Positions 39,306-40,491 of a stretch of 40,491 nucleotides of DNA are shown here, in pieces. The position numbers were made by a program, and so were the translations under genes. This stretch comes from Candidatus Eiseniibacteriota bacterium (GTDB lineage: Bacteria; Eisenbacteria; RBG-16-71-46; SZUA-252): NCBI GenBank assembly GCA_031370645.1, contig JANMQV010000215.1, positions 1 through 40,491 of the forward strand, given 5' to 3'. The notes below the pieces were generated by a model that worked only from the letters and a program-made list of their open reading frames with translations, was not told where the DNA came from and did no database searches. Each line of letters starts with the position of its first letter. Position 1 is the stretch's first letter.

Positions 39306-40491
39306 TTGCGTATCGGCACCCCACTCTCCCCCAGCGCCACGAAGGTCATGCTCCTCGGCGCGGGGGAACTCGGCAAGGAAGTCATCATCGCGCTCCAGCG
39401 CCTGGGGGTCGAAGTGATCGCGGTCGATCGCTACGCGAACGCCCCCGGTCACCAGGTGGCTCACCGCGCGCACGTGGTGGACATGACCGACGCCGCGGCC
39501 ATCCGCGCGGTGGTGGAGGCGGAGCGGCCGCACTACGTCGTCCCCGAAATCGAAGCGATCGCCACCGACGAGCTCGCCCGCATCGAGGCGGACGGTCTGG
39601 CGACGGTCATTCCGACGGCCCGCGCCACGCAACTCACGATGAACCGAGAGGGCATTCGCCGCCTCGCGGCCGAGGAGCTGAAGCTCGCCACCTCGCGCTA
39701 CGCATTCGCCGAAGGGGCGCGCGAACTGAAGAACGCCACCGACGTCCTCGGCTTCCCCTGCGTCGTGAAGCCGGTGATGTCCTCGTCGGGCAAGGGTCAG
39801 TCGGTGCTCCACGGGCCCGGCGACATCGACGCCGCCTGGGGCTACGCCATGAGCTCGGGGCGGGTGAAGAAGCCGCGCGTCATCGTCGAGGAGATGATCC
39901 AGTTCGACTACGAGATCACGCTTTTAACGGTCCGCTCCGTTGGGGCCGACGGCGCGGCGCAGACTTCGTTCTGCGACCCGATCGGGCACATGCAGGTGAA
40001 GGGCGACTACGTGGAGAGTTGGCAGCCGCAGCCGATGCCCGCCGCCGCGCTCGAGCGCGCCCGCGATATCGCCCGGCGCGTCACCGACTCGCTCGGCGGG
40101 CGCGGAATCTTCGGCGTGGAGTTGTTCGTGAAGGGCGACCACGTTTGGTTCAGCGAGGTGAGCCCCCGGCCGCACGACACCGGCATGGTGACGATGATCA
40201 CGCAGGTGCAGAACGAATTCGAACTCCACGCGCGGGCGATTCTCGGGCTTCCGGTCAGCACGGAATTGAGGACGCCCGGGGCGAGTGCGGTGATTTACGG
40301 AGGCATGGACGCCGTGGGAATCTCGTTCGAAGGCGTCGACGAGGCGCTTCGCGTGCCGCGGACCGATCTGAGGCTCTTCGGGAAACCGGAATCGTTCACG
40401 CGGCGGCGGATGGGCGTAGCACTCGCCTGGGGTGGTGACGTGGAGGACGCGCGGGTGCGCGCGAGGCGCGCCGCGGGGTTGGTGAAGACGG
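39306..40491 (+). CDS. purT: Formate-dependent phosphoribosylglycinamide formyltransferase (3' end off window)
   Basis: Not in ORF track. AAGGAGG SD then [66 protein letters not shown]. Confidence 0.96.
   Translation, partial: MRIGTPLSPSATKVMLLGAGELGKEVIIALQRLGVEVIAVDRYANAPGHQVAHRAHVVDMTDAAAIRAVVEAERPHYVVPEIEAIATDELARIEADGLATVIPTARATQLTMNREGIRRLAAEELKLATSRYAFAEGARELKNATDVLGFPCVVKPVMSSSGKGQSVLHGPGDIDAAWGYAMSSGRVKKPRVIVEEMIQFDYEITLLTVRSVGADGAAQTSFCDPIGHMQVKGDYVESWQPQPMPAAALERARDIARRVTDSLGGRGIFGVELFVKGDHVWFSEVSPRPHDTGMVTMITQVQNEFELHARAILGLPVSTELRTPGASAVIYGGMDAVGISFEGVDEALRVPRTDLRLFGKPESFTRRRMGVALAWGGDVEDARVRARRAAGLVKT

Overview
High-GC bacterial chromosomal segment; the FlgD-Ig lipoprotein, Ser/Thr kinase-TPR protein, stand-alone GlmU N-domain and folB-folK-dNK-panBC order suggest an FCB-adjacent lineage such as Ca. 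Eisenbacteria (inference only). In coordinate order: (1) a minus-strand B12-dependent acyl-CoA operon (btuR, meaB, split mutase with isobutyryl-CoA-mutase signature residues, scoAB, acyl-CoA dehydrogenase, thiolase, hbd); (2) ffh-rpsP-khpA-rimM-trmD-rplS-rnhB-yraN plus a UgtP-like glycosyltransferase; (3) an accessory/regulatory block with a candidate structured RNA, a lipoprotein/beta-barrel pair, uvrA, a sigma54-type promoter with TGT-N11-ACA boxes driving a single-domain receiver and an uncalled 16-aa peptide ([16 protein letters not shown]), a Ser/Thr kinase and a PAS-kinase/NtrC-type pair; (4) SurA/PpiD-like gene, the dapL-folB-folK-dNK-panB-panC-glmU(N)-HIT-LytR_C-tatA run, murB, mntH, an SRPBCC protein; (5) a PLP enzyme/CDP-alcohol phosphotransferase/cytidylyltransferase/LysE cluster and purT. 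No rRNA, tRNA, CRISPR or transposase was seen. The best candidate for an undescribed system is the sigma54-receiver-micropeptide unit, whose 3' UTR is complementary over 15 nt to the candidate RNA 4 kb away.
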